NCBI GenBank assembly: GCA_903944345.1
Contig: CAJARJ010000020.1
Coordinates: forward strand, 18,110-82,109
Source: Candidatus Omnitrophota bacterium
GTDB taxonomy: Bacteria; Omnitrophota; Gorgyraeia; Zapsychrales; Fredricksoniimonadaceae
Length of the DNA: 64,000 nt
Reading direction: 5' to 3'
Each line of letters opens with the position of its first letter. The stretch's first letter is position 1. The notes under the pieces were generated by a model that was not told the origin of the DNA, did not search any database, and worked only from the letters and a program-made list of their open reading frames with translations. Both the position numbers and the translations under genes were made by a program. Below, one piece after another: positions 45,797 through 55,410 of this stretch.

Positions 45797-46774
45797 TTAA
45801 CGTCTGCGCTGCCATTCCGTCTCAAGAATACTGCGAAGATCATGCTCCGGCGTCCAGCCCAGCATTTCCCGGGCTTTCAGCGAAGATGCCACCAAAGTCT
45901 CGACATCTCCCGGCCGACGGGAGCCAAGCGTATGCGGAACCTGTCGCCCCGACACCTGTTGCGCCATCTTGATAACGTCCATAACCGAAAAACCGCAGCC
46001 ATTGCCCAGATTAAAAGTCTCGTTCTTAATCCCCCGGTCAAAAGCACGCAAGGCCAGCAAATGCGCCCGGCACAAGTCCTGAACATGAATAAAATCACGA
46101 ACCCCGGTACCATCCGGCGTCTGATAATCTGTTCCGCACACCGTCAGTTCACCGCCTCCCAAAAGAGCACGCATAGCGTTCGAAATAAGATGGGTCGGAA
46201 CCGGACGGCCCTTGGCCGGCCATGCCCTGCGGATATCCCAGCCAGCCACGTTAAAATAACGCAGTACAACAAAATCAAGCAACCCCGCCGCGGCGGAATC
46301 CCGCAAACATCGCTCAACCATGAGTTTGGACATGCCATAAGGATTCTGCGGATCAACCGGCGCCTGCTCGGCAACCGGCAAAACAGCAGGATTCCCGTAA
46401 ACCGCCGCCGTCGACGAGAAAACAATCCGGCGAACCCCGCACTCGGCCATAACTGACAAAAGATTCAACGTTCCCCCGACATTATTCCTGTAATAAAGCA
46501 AAGGACGGGAGACCGACTCGGGAACCACAATGCGGGCGGCAAAATGCATCACCGCAGAAAATTTCCACTTTTTAAAAACACGCAGACAATCCGTCGGGCG
46601 GCACAAATCGCCCTTGACAAACTCCGCTCCGCGCGGCAACCAGCCTCTGACTCCGGTCGAAAGATTGTCCATAATCACAACCGGATACCCCTCTTCCAGC
46701 AGCATTCCGGCCATATGCGAAGCAATGTATCCTGCCCCGCCCGTAACAAGTATTGGATTATTTTCTAGTTTCAT
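45797..46774 (-). CDS. galE: UDP-glucose 4-epimerase
   Basis: 325-aa ORF. ILVTGGAGYIASH... NAD motif and SDR fold with GalE-like length. Confidence 0.8.
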   Translation of the reverse strand: MKLENNPILVTGGAGYIASHMAGMLLEEGYPVVIMDNLSTGVRGWLPRGAEFVKGDLCRPTDCLRVFKKWKFSAVMHFAARIVVPESVSRPLLYYRNNVGGTLNLLSVMAECGVRRIVFSSTAAVYGNPAVLPVAEQAPVDPQNPYGMSKLMVERCLRDSAAAGLLDFVVLRYFNVAGWDIRRAWPAKGRPVPTHLISNAMRALLGGGELTVCGTDYQTPDGTGVRDFIHVQDLCRAHLLALRAFDRGIKNETFNLGNGCGFSVMDVIKMAQQVSGRQVPHTLGSRRPGDVETLVASSLKAREMLGWTPEHDLRSILETEWQRRR

Positions 46775-46841
46775 AGAACAAATCTAGCATAGAAAAGACT
46801 GATCAACCCGATTTTTTTAACCGTTTGCCCCTGCTGAAACA

Positions 46842-48536
46842 TCATTCAAACTGCCTTAAACGCAACCCGCTCTTGTGCAATACAAACTTGAACAGTGTTT
46901 TAAGAATATTAAGTCCGTAAACAACCGAAGGCCACAGTCTGATAGAAGAGGCTTCATCAAAATAACGAGTCCGAATCGGGACCTCCTCGAAACGCATGTA
47001 TTTAAGCACTCCCTGCACAATAATCTCCGTATCAAACACAAAACCGTCAGAATTGGACTCAAAATTGACGTTGGTAAGATACTTGCGGCTATAGGCACGA
47101 AACCCGGAATGGTACTCGGTCAAATAAATCCCCAACACGACATTTTCCAGCGCGGTCAGCAGGATATTGGCATTATATTTCCAGATCGGCATGCCTCCCC
47201 TCAAAGCCCCGCCCTTCATCATGCGTGAACCAAAAACCGCATCAGCCCGCCCGGCAAGGATAGGTTCGATCAACTGGGGAATTGCGGTTGGATCGTACTG
47301 ATAATCAGGATGAACCATAACCACCACATCCGCTCCGGCTTCCAGCGCCTTGCGATAACAGGTCTTCTGATTTCCGCCATACCCACGGTTGCGGTCATGC
47401 CTGATGACCCTGATGCCCAGCTGACGAGCAACCTCGGACGTATTATCCCGACTGGCATCATCGACCAGAATAATATCCTGAACAATATCTTTGGGAATAT
47501 CCCCATAAGTCACGGCAAGGGTCTTGGCCGCATTGTAAGCCGGCAAAACCACCGCCACCTTGTGCGACGAAGGCGCCTCCGTTTGCTCCGCCCCCTCCTC
47601 GATCTCTTTCAAATACTTGAGTTGACGGCTTTTGCGGGCAAAGGCCACAAGCTGATCTCCCAGGTCCAGACAAATGGCAAAACTGGCCAACCCCGGACGG
47701 TTCCGGACAAAATCCGATAAAGTCTTGAAAGCCGGCTTGTAAACTGCCAGATTCGAGAACCAGTAGCCCAGCGAAAAGGTGCGAGCATGTGAATGTGTGG
47801 CCAGAGAATGAAACCCGGTAGCTGCGAAGAGCTTGCCCAATGTGCGGCGGTTATAATAAAACAAATGCGCCCGCTTGATACCCCACCACCTGGCCTTGAG
47901 CATGCGGCTGACCGTGCTGTCAATGTCCGGCGTCGTGCAACAAAAAACCCCGTCCGGCTTGAGCGCCCGGCGAACGATATAAAGAACTGCCTTGGGATCA
48001 ACCAGATGTTCAATCACGTCCGTCATAACCACAGCGTCAAAAAAGTTGTTAGGAAACGTGCCTTCCTGAAGCACGCCCTGCACAACCCCGTGAAGGCCAA
48101 GAGTCTCCCGGGCATAGCGCACCGCCCACTGGGATAATTCAATCCCGTGAACTTCCCAGCCCAGGCGCCTGGCCTCATCCAGAAGAAACCCGGTGGCACA
48201 GCCTATATCCAACAGGCGTCCGCCTTTTTTATATTTCGCCAGCTGCCGCAGAATCAACCGGGCAGCCTGACGGCGCCCCGCTTCCTCGGCATTATACTGC
48301 TCGTCATTCATCTCCGCATAATCATCATGAATCAACTTGCGATCCAGGCGCGGATTAAGAAACGAAACGCCACAGCGACGACAAGAGACCACGCGTAACC
48401 CCTCTTCCACTTCATGGCCGGTAATCCGGTAGCCACCTGCGGGCTGAGCGGCGGCTTTGGCAGAAACAGCAGGTTCATAAACCACACGAAAACTATCACT
48501 GCCGCATAAATGACACTTGTCCAGATCATCCATCAT
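46842..48536 (-). CDS. bifunctional class I SAM methyltransferase / family 2 glycosyltransferase
   Basis: N-terminal half: Cys4 ribbon (CHLC...CRRC) plus LLDIGCATGFL motif I. C-terminal half: VAVVLPAYNAAKTL...DIILVDDASRDNT... GT2 (DPM1-like) signature. Confidence 0.7.
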   Translation of the reverse strand: MMDDLDKCHLCGSDSFRVVYEPAVSAKAAAQPAGGYRITGHEVEEGLRVVSCRRCGVSFLNPRLDRKLIHDDYAEMNDEQYNAEEAGRRQAARLILRQLAKYKKGGRLLDIGCATGFLLDEARRLGWEVHGIELSQWAVRYARETLGLHGVVQGVLQEGTFPNNFFDAVVMTDVIEHLVDPKAVLYIVRRALKPDGVFCCTTPDIDSTVSRMLKARWWGIKRAHLFYYNRRTLGKLFAATGFHSLATHSHARTFSLGYWFSNLAVYKPAFKTLSDFVRNRPGLASFAICLDLGDQLVAFARKSRQLKYLKEIEEGAEQTEAPSSHKVAVVLPAYNAAKTLAVTYGDIPKDIVQDIILVDDASRDNTSEVARQLGIRVIRHDRNRGYGGNQKTCYRKALEAGADVVVMVHPDYQYDPTAIPQLIEPILAGRADAVFGSRMMKGGALRGGMPIWKYNANILLTALENVVLGIYLTEYHSGFRAYSRKYLTNVNFESNSDGFVFDTEIIVQGVLKYMRFEEVPIRTRYFDEASSIRLWPSVVYGLNILKTLFKFVLHKSGLRLRQFE

Positions 48537-50434
48537 GGATTACTTCTCCTTTGAACCCCGACTGCCTCCGGGGTGATAAAGATTGTACCTATCAACCCCA
48601 GTGTTTCTCGGACTCCCTCATCGTAAATCCCTACCCGCAGGCTAAACGGCTTTCCTGTCATCTCAACAGGAATAGTCAAATATCTATGCTCAACAACCAT
48701 CATTCCCGGCTTCCACTCTGTTGTCGGGAAAAGACGATAACAGGCGGGAAGAACCAACCCGGAAACTCTCTTCCCGTCTTTGTTCAAAAAAGCCAGCGAA
48801 AGCGACAAATCCCTTGAAACTTTTTCCAAGACCCGCCAAACCAGGCGCAAATAAAGCACATCCCCTCGATAATGATAGTCAATTTGATCAAGCGCCAACT
48901 TGCCATCAGAGAAAAATACATCCTGTTCACTCCCGGCCACCGTCCCCTGCCAGACCTCAAACAACCCCTGGGTAAATGAAGACGGAGAATCCTTTGCTCG
49001 ACTAAACAGAACCAGATTATCCCGCACAGCAACAGGCTCCAAAACATTATCTGCAAGAAACTTCCGCAATCGAAAGCTGCCATCCCTGTTATAAAAGGAA
49101 CCAAAAGTCAGGCCGTCGTTAATATTTAAAAGGGCATGGTCCACTGGCTCCGGAAGAAGATAGGCCTTGCTGGACAACGTGAAGTGCCCCGAATAAATAT
49201 GGTGAAAAGAATACAGACTTGGCCGATCGGAAAGTCTGGGCATAAACTCAAAAGTTGTTACCACAGCGCCTGTCGGCGGCAGAAGAGCCAGCATGCGCTC
49301 CATCAAGCAGCAGGCATCTTTCTGCAACAACAAGAATTTGGCGGACAACTCTCCGTACGGCCCCTCTATAGCAAAAAGCAGCACCGTCACCGATAACAAT
49401 ACCGGCAGGATCGCCCGTCGGCTGTTCTGGTTCATCAGACGACGCAAACCAAAAACAAGGGCAACAAAAATAAACGGTATCAACTCGGCCGTATAATGGA
49501 AGTAAAGATTGATCTCCTGCTGACGGTTAGACAAAAGATGCTGCAAGAACAAAGGCAATGACGGCAAAAAATGTAGAGGACCGAACCAGGGGATAAATGC
49601 GAGCGGCGCAAACAACTGATACAACCACCAGAGACGGGAAGACTCAGTCATATACCGCAAGACCTCCCACGGACGTGCCAGCACATTGGCAATAATCTGC
49701 CCGTGACTGTCTCCCAGATGAGAATAGATAGACACAAAATTAATGGTATCCGGATTAAGCGCTGGCACGACTATCCGGATATACCACAAAGCATAAACCG
49801 TCCCTGCAACAATAAGGGGAGACCACCACTGCCACCCGCGCCGGAGCGCCATCGCATAAAAGCCGAATGCCACCAGAACAAGTGACATGTTCTCCTGACA
49901 AAGCAAAACCAGCGCCATTGCCACAAGAAAACAACGAAAACGTTCCGTAAAGAAAAAATAAAACCCCCACATCAAAAAAAACGTGGCGAAAACCGTAAAA
50001 TGGAATTCATAAGCGTTTAAAAAGGCAACCGCAGGATACAGAAAATACGCTGCCGCTACCAAGAACCCCATCTTGGGAGTCAAAAAGCGCGCTGCTGTCA
50101 AATAAAGAGGCCATGCGGTCAGTCCAATCGCAAGAGTTTGCAAAGCAAGCAAAGTTAACGGATGTGGAACAAGTTTGTAAAGTAGCGCCACTGGGTACGC
50201 CAGAAAATGAGCATGGTGTCCGAGAAAGTCTACTCCCAATATGGAACTAAACCGGGTTCCACGATTAATATTGCGAATAATCTGATCATACGCCGCAAGA
50301 TCCATATCCTTGAAATCAAACGAAAAATACCGGACAACAGAAAGAGAAAAGAAATAAAGGATATAAACGGTTATCATCGTCCAGAGAAGGACAACCGGAT
50401 CAAACCCGAAGATTTTATTTTTGCTATTATCCAT
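48533..50434 (-). CDS. DUF2079-like polytopic membrane protein (putative glycan-processing membrane protein)
   Basis: 633-aa ORF. ~12 TM segments in the N-terminal 400 aa, soluble C-terminal domain. Family call is from overall resemblance only. Confidence 0.45.
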   Translation of the reverse strand: MDNSKNKIFGFDPVVLLWTMITVYILYFFSLSVVRYFSFDFKDMDLAAYDQIIRNINRGTRFSSILGVDFLGHHAHFLAYPVALLYKLVPHPLTLLALQTLAIGLTAWPLYLTAARFLTPKMGFLVAAAYFLYPAVAFLNAYEFHFTVFATFFLMWGFYFFFTERFRCFLVAMALVLLCQENMSLVLVAFGFYAMALRRGWQWWSPLIVAGTVYALWYIRIVVPALNPDTINFVSIYSHLGDSHGQIIANVLARPWEVLRYMTESSRLWWLYQLFAPLAFIPWFGPLHFLPSLPLFLQHLLSNRQQEINLYFHYTAELIPFIFVALVFGLRRLMNQNSRRAILPVLLSVTVLLFAIEGPYGELSAKFLLLQKDACCLMERMLALLPPTGAVVTTFEFMPRLSDRPSLYSFHHIYSGHFTLSSKAYLLPEPVDHALLNINDGLTFGSFYNRDGSFRLRKFLADNVLEPVAVRDNLVLFSRAKDSPSSFTQGLFEVWQGTVAGSEQDVFFSDGKLALDQIDYHYRGDVLYLRLVWRVLEKVSRDLSLSLAFLNKDGKRVSGLVLPACYRLFPTTEWKPGMMVVEHRYLTIPVEMTGKPFSLRVGIYDEGVRETLGLIGTIFITPEAVGVQRRSNP

Positions 50435-50449
50435 AAGGAACCCCTGGCG

Positions 50450-52285
50450 TCACTCCTTGTCCGAAACCTTATCCCCGGGAAGAACCACCGTAAACGTAGA
50501 CCCCTCTCCGGGCAGCGAGCGCACCAGGATGTCTCCTCCCTGCTTCTTCACGATCTCCAGACTGATACTCAGACCCAACCCCGTGCCTTGCCCAACGGGC
50601 TTGGTAGTAAAAAACGGGTCGAAAATCCTGCCCAGATCCTCGGCAGATATACCATTGCCGGTGTCCCGTATCTCTACATGCACATTATCTTCCAGCAAAA
50701 ACGTACGAATATAAATTATGCCTTTGTCTTTAATTGCCTGCCCCGCGTTAATCAGAAGATTGACAAACACCTGGGTTACTTTCTGTACATTACAGACCAC
50801 CAGCGGCGTCTGGGCATAGTCCAGAACAAGCTCTATCCGGTGGAGAAACGAATTACGGGTCAATGCCAGGGCATGATCAACCAAAGACTCCACCTTAACC
50901 GGCTCCTGGGTCTGATTGGCATCATCCCGGGCGAATGTGCGCAAATCCATAATAATCTTCTTGATCCGGTCAACCCCGTTACGGGACTGGGACAAAAGAT
51001 CTGTCACATCACCGCGTATAAATTCAATTCCCACGCTGCGCTGGAAGGCCCGCAAGTCATCAACGAAAGCGGATACCTGCTCTTTGCTGCCCTGCTGTGC
51101 CAGTTCTGCAAGCTGATCAGACTTCTCCAGAACACTTGTATATGCGGCGACATATTCCTTGAGCACTTCCAGGTTACTTCCGATAAACCCAATCGGATTG
51201 TTGATCTCATGAGCCACCCCCGCAGCCAGCTGACCGATGGCCACCAGCTTCTCGGAACGAACCAGCTTGTCCCTGGCATTACGCAAATCCTCCAGGGCCT
51301 TGAGCAGCTTGTCCTCATTGGCTTTCTGCCCGGAAATGTCCTTGAGAATATGCACTGCTCCGGAAAAACGCCCGTTCTCCATAATCGGCGCGACTGTCAC
51401 AACAAAAGGCGTGTTGCCTAAAGCGGTCATCTCCACTGAATGCGGCCTATTATCAGAACGCATCTGATCAAAAGGACAACGTTCGTGGCGCTGGACACCA
51501 TCATGCAAAAGATCACAACTCCTGCGACCACGCAAATCATCCAGGCCAAGACCAAAAGCGTCGCAAGCCGCCTTGTTGCAGCGCAGAATACGAGAATCGC
51601 CGTCAGTAACAAGAATCAGATCCGAAATGCTGTCGAAAGTCCGGCTCCATTCTGCTGCCGCTTGCTGTAACCGTTCCTGAGCCTGTCTGACTCCGGTCAG
51701 ATCACGAAAAAAAACAACAACAAATTTCCGTCCGGAAACACTCTTATGCAGGGTTCTTTTGATCAAAACCGGCCTGAGCCCGCCACCAGGCTCCGGCAAA
51801 AGCTCTTCCCCGACACTTTCCTGCCCGGTCAGCAACACCTGCTCATCCTTAATACGCCAGGATTCTGCCTGCTCGACCCCCAAGAGATTTCGTTCATTTT
51901 TTTGAACCAATTCTCCTGCCGAATAACCCATAAAATCACAAAAGACACGATTGAAATACACCCAGCGTAATTCATGATCCTTGACCAGAAAAGGATCCGG
52001 CAACGCGTCCAGAAGGGCCAAAGGAAGCTCTCCGTCGATCAGCCCCTCTCTTTTCTGCTCGACTCTCTCTGAAAAGAACCTCACTGGAATAAGCAGCGCC
52101 AGAAGAAAACCAGACACCAGAAGGAACCAAAAGACACGAACAAAATCCTGTCCCGAAGAAAGTACTGAAGAACCTGCGGAAGAAAAAACATTTAAAGCGG
52201 CACCCGCCAACAAAAGAAACCAAAGCGTGAAAGGAATATAAAACCGAAACAGAAAGGATCGAACTTTCGAACCAGACAGCATCAA
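50450..52285 (-). CDS. PAS-domain sensor histidine kinase
   Basis: 611-aa ORF. N-terminal TM pair, two PAS-like regions, H-box (...AAGVAHEINNPIGFI...), and HATPase_c N/G boxes (NLLINAGQAI, DTGNGI, GTGLGLSI). Confidence 0.85.
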   Translation of the reverse strand: MMLSGSKVRSFLFRFYIPFTLWFLLLAGAALNVFSSAGSSVLSSGQDFVRVFWFLLVSGFLLALLIPVRFFSERVEQKREGLIDGELPLALLDALPDPFLVKDHELRWVYFNRVFCDFMGYSAGELVQKNERNLLGVEQAESWRIKDEQVLLTGQESVGEELLPEPGGGLRPVLIKRTLHKSVSGRKFVVVFFRDLTGVRQAQERLQQAAAEWSRTFDSISDLILVTDGDSRILRCNKAACDAFGLGLDDLRGRRSCDLLHDGVQRHERCPFDQMRSDNRPHSVEMTALGNTPFVVTVAPIMENGRFSGAVHILKDISGQKANEDKLLKALEDLRNARDKLVRSEKLVAIGQLAAGVAHEINNPIGFIGSNLEVLKEYVAAYTSVLEKSDQLAELAQQGSKEQVSAFVDDLRAFQRSVGIEFIRGDVTDLLSQSRNGVDRIKKIIMDLRTFARDDANQTQEPVKVESLVDHALALTRNSFLHRIELVLDYAQTPLVVCNVQKVTQVFVNLLINAGQAIKDKGIIYIRTFLLEDNVHVEIRDTGNGISAEDLGRIFDPFFTTKPVGQGTGLGLSISLEIVKKQGGDILVRSLPGEGSTFTVVLPGDKVSDKE

Positions 52286-53076
52286 CCCTCGATCATGTTT
52301 TGCAAATCATTCAGAAACGTCATCTGATTGAAATGCCCCAGATGATGAGTCGCGCCCGCTGCCCTGCACTCGGCAATACGAACCTCCAGCGACCGACCGC
52401 CTTTATCCTCGGCATCAAGTCCGGCATCCGCGGACGTCACATACGTCACAAAAATCGTGTTCTTGAGCCGGGCAAAACATCTCATCGCGCCCAACATTTC
52501 ATTTGTCATAATGTCGCCTTCCATCATGACATCAATCAACAACAGATGAGGAACCATCAACAAAGCCTTGGAAACAATATCCAAAGGCGAACTGACAACC
52601 GTCGTCAAACAATCTTCTTTCTGCAACAAGGCCGCCTGCATCTGGGCATTAACATCCTTGTTGGTTCCACAAATCAGCACCTTGCGAAAAAGCCTCGACT
52701 TCTCCACAACATTGGAAACTTCCTCGATCTTGGCCAGGAGCAGTTCGACATCCGACATCTTGGGCACAAAATGATTTACCCCAAGCGACATAAAAGAATC
52801 CTGAAACATCTGTTTGTCGGTAGCAATAATAATCGGAATTTTCGCAGTAAGAGGGTTATCCTTGAGCGCAAGATACAAATCAACACCGTCCATCTCCGGC
52901 ATAACTACGTCAGTAACAAGCAAATCTACCGGCATCGAACCGATAATATTCAAAGCCTCCAGCCCGTTGGCCGCCGTCATAACGACATACCCGTTTTGTT
53001 CCAACTGTTTCTTGATCAAGAACGATGTCACACGATCATCTTCAGCCAGCAATATTCTCTTGATCTTCCCCTTCAT
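52282..53076 (-). CDS. response regulator with a canonical receiver domain followed by a second, degenerate receiver-like domain
   Basis: Start at ATG 53076 with GGGAGG SD (MKGKIKRILLAEDDRVTS...LLVTDVVMPEMDG...). ATGA overlap with the kinase gene. Confidence 0.7.
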   Translation of the reverse strand: MKGKIKRILLAEDDRVTSFLIKKQLEQNGYVVMTAANGLEALNIIGSMPVDLLVTDVVMPEMDGVDLYLALKDNPLTAKIPIIIATDKQMFQDSFMSLGVNHFVPKMSDVELLLAKIEEVSNVVEKSRLFRKVLICGTNKDVNAQMQAALLQKEDCLTTVVSSPLDIVSKALLMVPHLLLIDVMMEGDIMTNEMLGAMRCFARLKNTIFVTYVTSADAGLDAEDKGGRSLEVRIAECRAAGATHHLGHFNQMTFLNDLQNMIEG

Positions 53077-53234
53077 CTGCGCCTCCCTGTCCCCCGATGA
53101 ACTGCATAATACCGTAACTGAACCGGCAAACAACAACCTTGTTTATATCTTACCCTGAACTATCTGCGGAGTCAAACCGTGACTGGAATAATTAACAGCC
53201 ATCTCCCGCAAGGACAAAATGGGCCGGAACCGGA

Positions 53235-53270
53235 AAATAAAAAAAAGCTCGCCGGAATCTCCGACGAGCT
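53235..53270 (-). terminator. Rho-independent terminator downstream of tRNA-Gln
   Basis: On the minus strand a 6-bp GC-containing stem (agctcg/cgagct, 13-nt loop) is followed by T8 (plus-strand A-run 53239-53246). Confidence 0.5.
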
Positions 53271-53298
53271 GATATAAACAGACCTGTGCTAGGAATTA

Positions 53299-53369
53299 CT
53301 GCCCCGCATGGATTCGAACCATGGCCCACGCCTCCAAAGGGCGGTGTGCTACCATTACACCACAGGGCA
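53299..53369 (-). tRNA. tRNA-Gln (anticodon UUG)
   Basis: Hand-folded: acceptor stem TGCCCTG/CGGGGCA with the U1:A72 pair typical of bacterial tRNA-Gln, D-arm GTGT-AATGGTA-GCAC, anticodon loop CTTTGGA (TTG), T-arm CATGG-TTCGAAT-CCATG. No encoded CCA. Confidence 0.85.
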
Positions 53370-53393
53370 ATCAAATTGACACAACAAAAAAAC

Positions 53394-54254
53394 TTAAAAA
53401 GTGGAAACCGCAAATACCTGCGAATAGGAACCGCGAAACATGGACGCTATCCGCTCGGCCTCAGACTGATCCTTGACCAGGGCAAAGACCGAAGGCCCGC
53501 TACCTGAGAAACAGACTCCGCCGGATGCTGCCTTGTCCATACGGGAGAACAGCGACGACAACTCCGGACGCAAATACCGGATTGGCTTCTCCAGATCATT
53601 AAAGAGCTGCTGGCGCGCCAAAGAAATATTGTTTTTCCGCAAAGAACTGACGAGCATGGTAACAGCGGAACTTTCCTTTGTCAACGAAGCATCCCATGCC
53701 GCATAAACATCTTTGGTCAACAAAGGCGCCTTGGGCGTAACCAGCACATGCCAGAACTTGTGCCGGACAGAAAAAGAGCGAATTTTTTCTCCCCGCCCCG
53801 TCCCCAGTCCAAAAGGCGTCTCATATAAAAAAAAAGCCACATCACTGCCCAACTTGCGGGCCATAGCCAGAAGCTGCGGACGTGACAAGCCGAGTTTCCA
53901 GAAAACATTGAGCCCCGACAAAGCCGCTGCCGCGTTGGAAGACCCTCCGGCCAAACCTGCCGCCACCGGTATTCTTTTTGTCAGAACAAAACGCACACCG
54001 TAATTAACACGGCAGCATTCGCGAACCAACGCCGCCGCCCTGAAAATCAGATTACTCCCGTCGACAGGAACCCCGGGATGATCACATTCAATTACAGTCT
54101 GACCTTCAGACGCCGCGCTCAAAGCCAGGTCATCATGCAAACTTATCCGTTCGAAAAGAGTCTCCAGTTCGTGAAAACCATCCGGCCGCTTGCCAATAAT
54201 GCGTAAAGCCAGATTAAGTTTCGCGTAGGAAGCAATGACCAATGGTGATGACAT
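53394..54254 (-). CDS. ispE: 4-diphosphocytidyl-2-C-methyl-D-erythritol kinase
   Basis: 286-aa ORF. ...AKLNLALRIIGKRPDGFHELETLF... and GHMP-kinase motif PVAAGLAGGSSNAAAAL. Confidence 0.85.
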   Translation of the reverse strand: MSSPLVIASYAKLNLALRIIGKRPDGFHELETLFERISLHDDLALSAASEGQTVIECDHPGVPVDGSNLIFRAAALVRECCRVNYGVRFVLTKRIPVAAGLAGGSSNAAAALSGLNVFWKLGLSRPQLLAMARKLGSDVAFFLYETPFGLGTGRGEKIRSFSVRHKFWHVLVTPKAPLLTKDVYAAWDASLTKESSAVTMLVSSLRKNNISLARQQLFNDLEKPIRYLRPELSSLFSRMDKAASGGVCFSGSGPSVFALVKDQSEAERIASMFRGSYSQVFAVSTF

Positions 54255-55261
54255 CAGGGGCTATCCTGCCGGGCAGGAACCAGCTCCTGCAATTTTTTAA
54301 TAAGCACATCTTGTCCGGGCTCGAGTAAGATCGAGGTCTCCCACGCTTTACGCGCCATATCCGTCTGACCAATTTTCAAATACACATCCCCCAGATGCTC
54401 CAGGATAACCGGATCCTGTTCAATAACGGACGCAGCAGTCAGATGCCGCAACGCCTCTTTATAATCACCTTTTTTATAATAAGCCCAGCCAAGGCTATCC
54501 ATGTAAGCGGCGTTTTTAGGCTCCAGAGACAACGCTTTTTCAATAAAGCTTACTGCTTCATCCAATTGCTGTCCTGCCTCGACCTGGGCGTAACCCAGAG
54601 CATTGAGGCAATCAGCATGCAAAGGATCTGTATTGATACATCCTCTAAAGACCCCGAGCGCCTCGTCCCGACGCCCCGCCTCGATATACAATTCGCCCAA
54701 AGCATACGCCAGATCAAGATTTTCGGGCTCCAGCTGCCAAGCTTTCTCAAACTGCTCAAGAGCGCGCAACGTTTCTCCGCGGGAGTAATAAAGCTGACCT
54801 AAAAAAACATGAACATCCGGCTTGCCCACTGCAGAGCCTGCCAGTTGTTTAAAAAGTATTTCATATTCCCGTGAAGCCTGATCGTATTCTTTTCGGGCGG
54901 AATAAATTAAAGCCAACAAATAATGCGGCTCAGACTCCTCCGGGGCCATCTGCACCGACAATGAGAGTTCCTGGACAGCGCGCTCAATGTTTCCAAGACG
55001 CAGAAAAGCCGCCCCCAGGCGGAAATGCGAGGCATAAACAGAAGAATCCACTCCGACCGCGGATTGGTATTCCCGAACAGCTTGAGCCGTCTGACCAAGC
55101 AAATCGTGCGAGAAAGCAGTCATGAAATGGGCAACTGCCCGGACTTTTTCAGATGGAATCGCAGCTGCCCGAGATTTTGCGGCCTGTGCCGTGCCCAAAA
55201 ACAGGAACAAGAAACAAAGCCCAGCACAAGCACCAGTTCTATAAACCGCGCTCTGTCGCAT
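54254..55261 (-). CDS. secreted TPR-repeat protein
   Basis: 335-aa ORF. Signal peptide (GACAGLCFLFLFLGTAQA) and at least 7 TPR-like repeats (...LGQLYYSRGETLRALEQFEKAWQLEP...). Confidence 0.7.
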   Translation of the reverse strand: MRQSAVYRTGACAGLCFLFLFLGTAQAAKSRAAAIPSEKVRAVAHFMTAFSHDLLGQTAQAVREYQSAVGVDSSVYASHFRLGAAFLRLGNIERAVQELSLSVQMAPEESEPHYLLALIYSARKEYDQASREYEILFKQLAGSAVGKPDVHVFLGQLYYSRGETLRALEQFEKAWQLEPENLDLAYALGELYIEAGRRDEALGVFRGCINTDPLHADCLNALGYAQVEAGQQLDEAVSFIEKALSLEPKNAAYMDSLGWAYYKKGDYKEALRHLTAASVIEQDPVILEHLGDVYLKIGQTDMARKAWETSILLEPGQDVLIKKLQELVPARQDSP

Positions 55262-55290
55262 CTTATTGTCTCCCGTTACTGTTGCCGGGT

Positions 55291-55392
55291 CTAGCGGGTC
55301 TCGCGCTTCTTGAGGTGACGCAGGGACTTGCGCAGCTTCTTGCGCTTGTGAGTCTTGATTTTTCTTAATTTACGTTTTCTTCCGCAAGGCAT
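55291..55392 (-). CDS. 33-aa highly basic peptide (MPCGRKRKLRKIKTHKRKKLRKSLRHLKKRETR), possible ribosome-associated small protein
   Basis: Below the ORF-track size cutoff, found by reading the hisG to TPR spacer. ATG at 55392 is preceded by GAGGAAG 7 nt upstream, stop TAG at 55291. 19 of 33 residues are Lys/Arg/His. Confidence 0.35.
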   Translation of the reverse strand: MPCGRKRKLRKIKTHKRKKLRKSLRHLKKRETR

Positions 55393-55410
55393 AATGACTT
55401 CCTCTGGTTA

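Noticed and set aside
50207-51421. 404-aa plus-strand ORF
   Set aside because: Antisense to the histidine kinase gene, whose H-, N- and G-boxes are intact on the minus strand.
52300-53100. 266-aa plus-strand ORF
   Set aside because: Antisense to the response regulator. No start context or motifs.
53286-53507. 73-aa plus-strand ORF and 73-aa minus-strand ORF 53192-53413
   Set aside because: Both overlap the tRNA-Gln gene and its terminator. tRNA structure explains the region.
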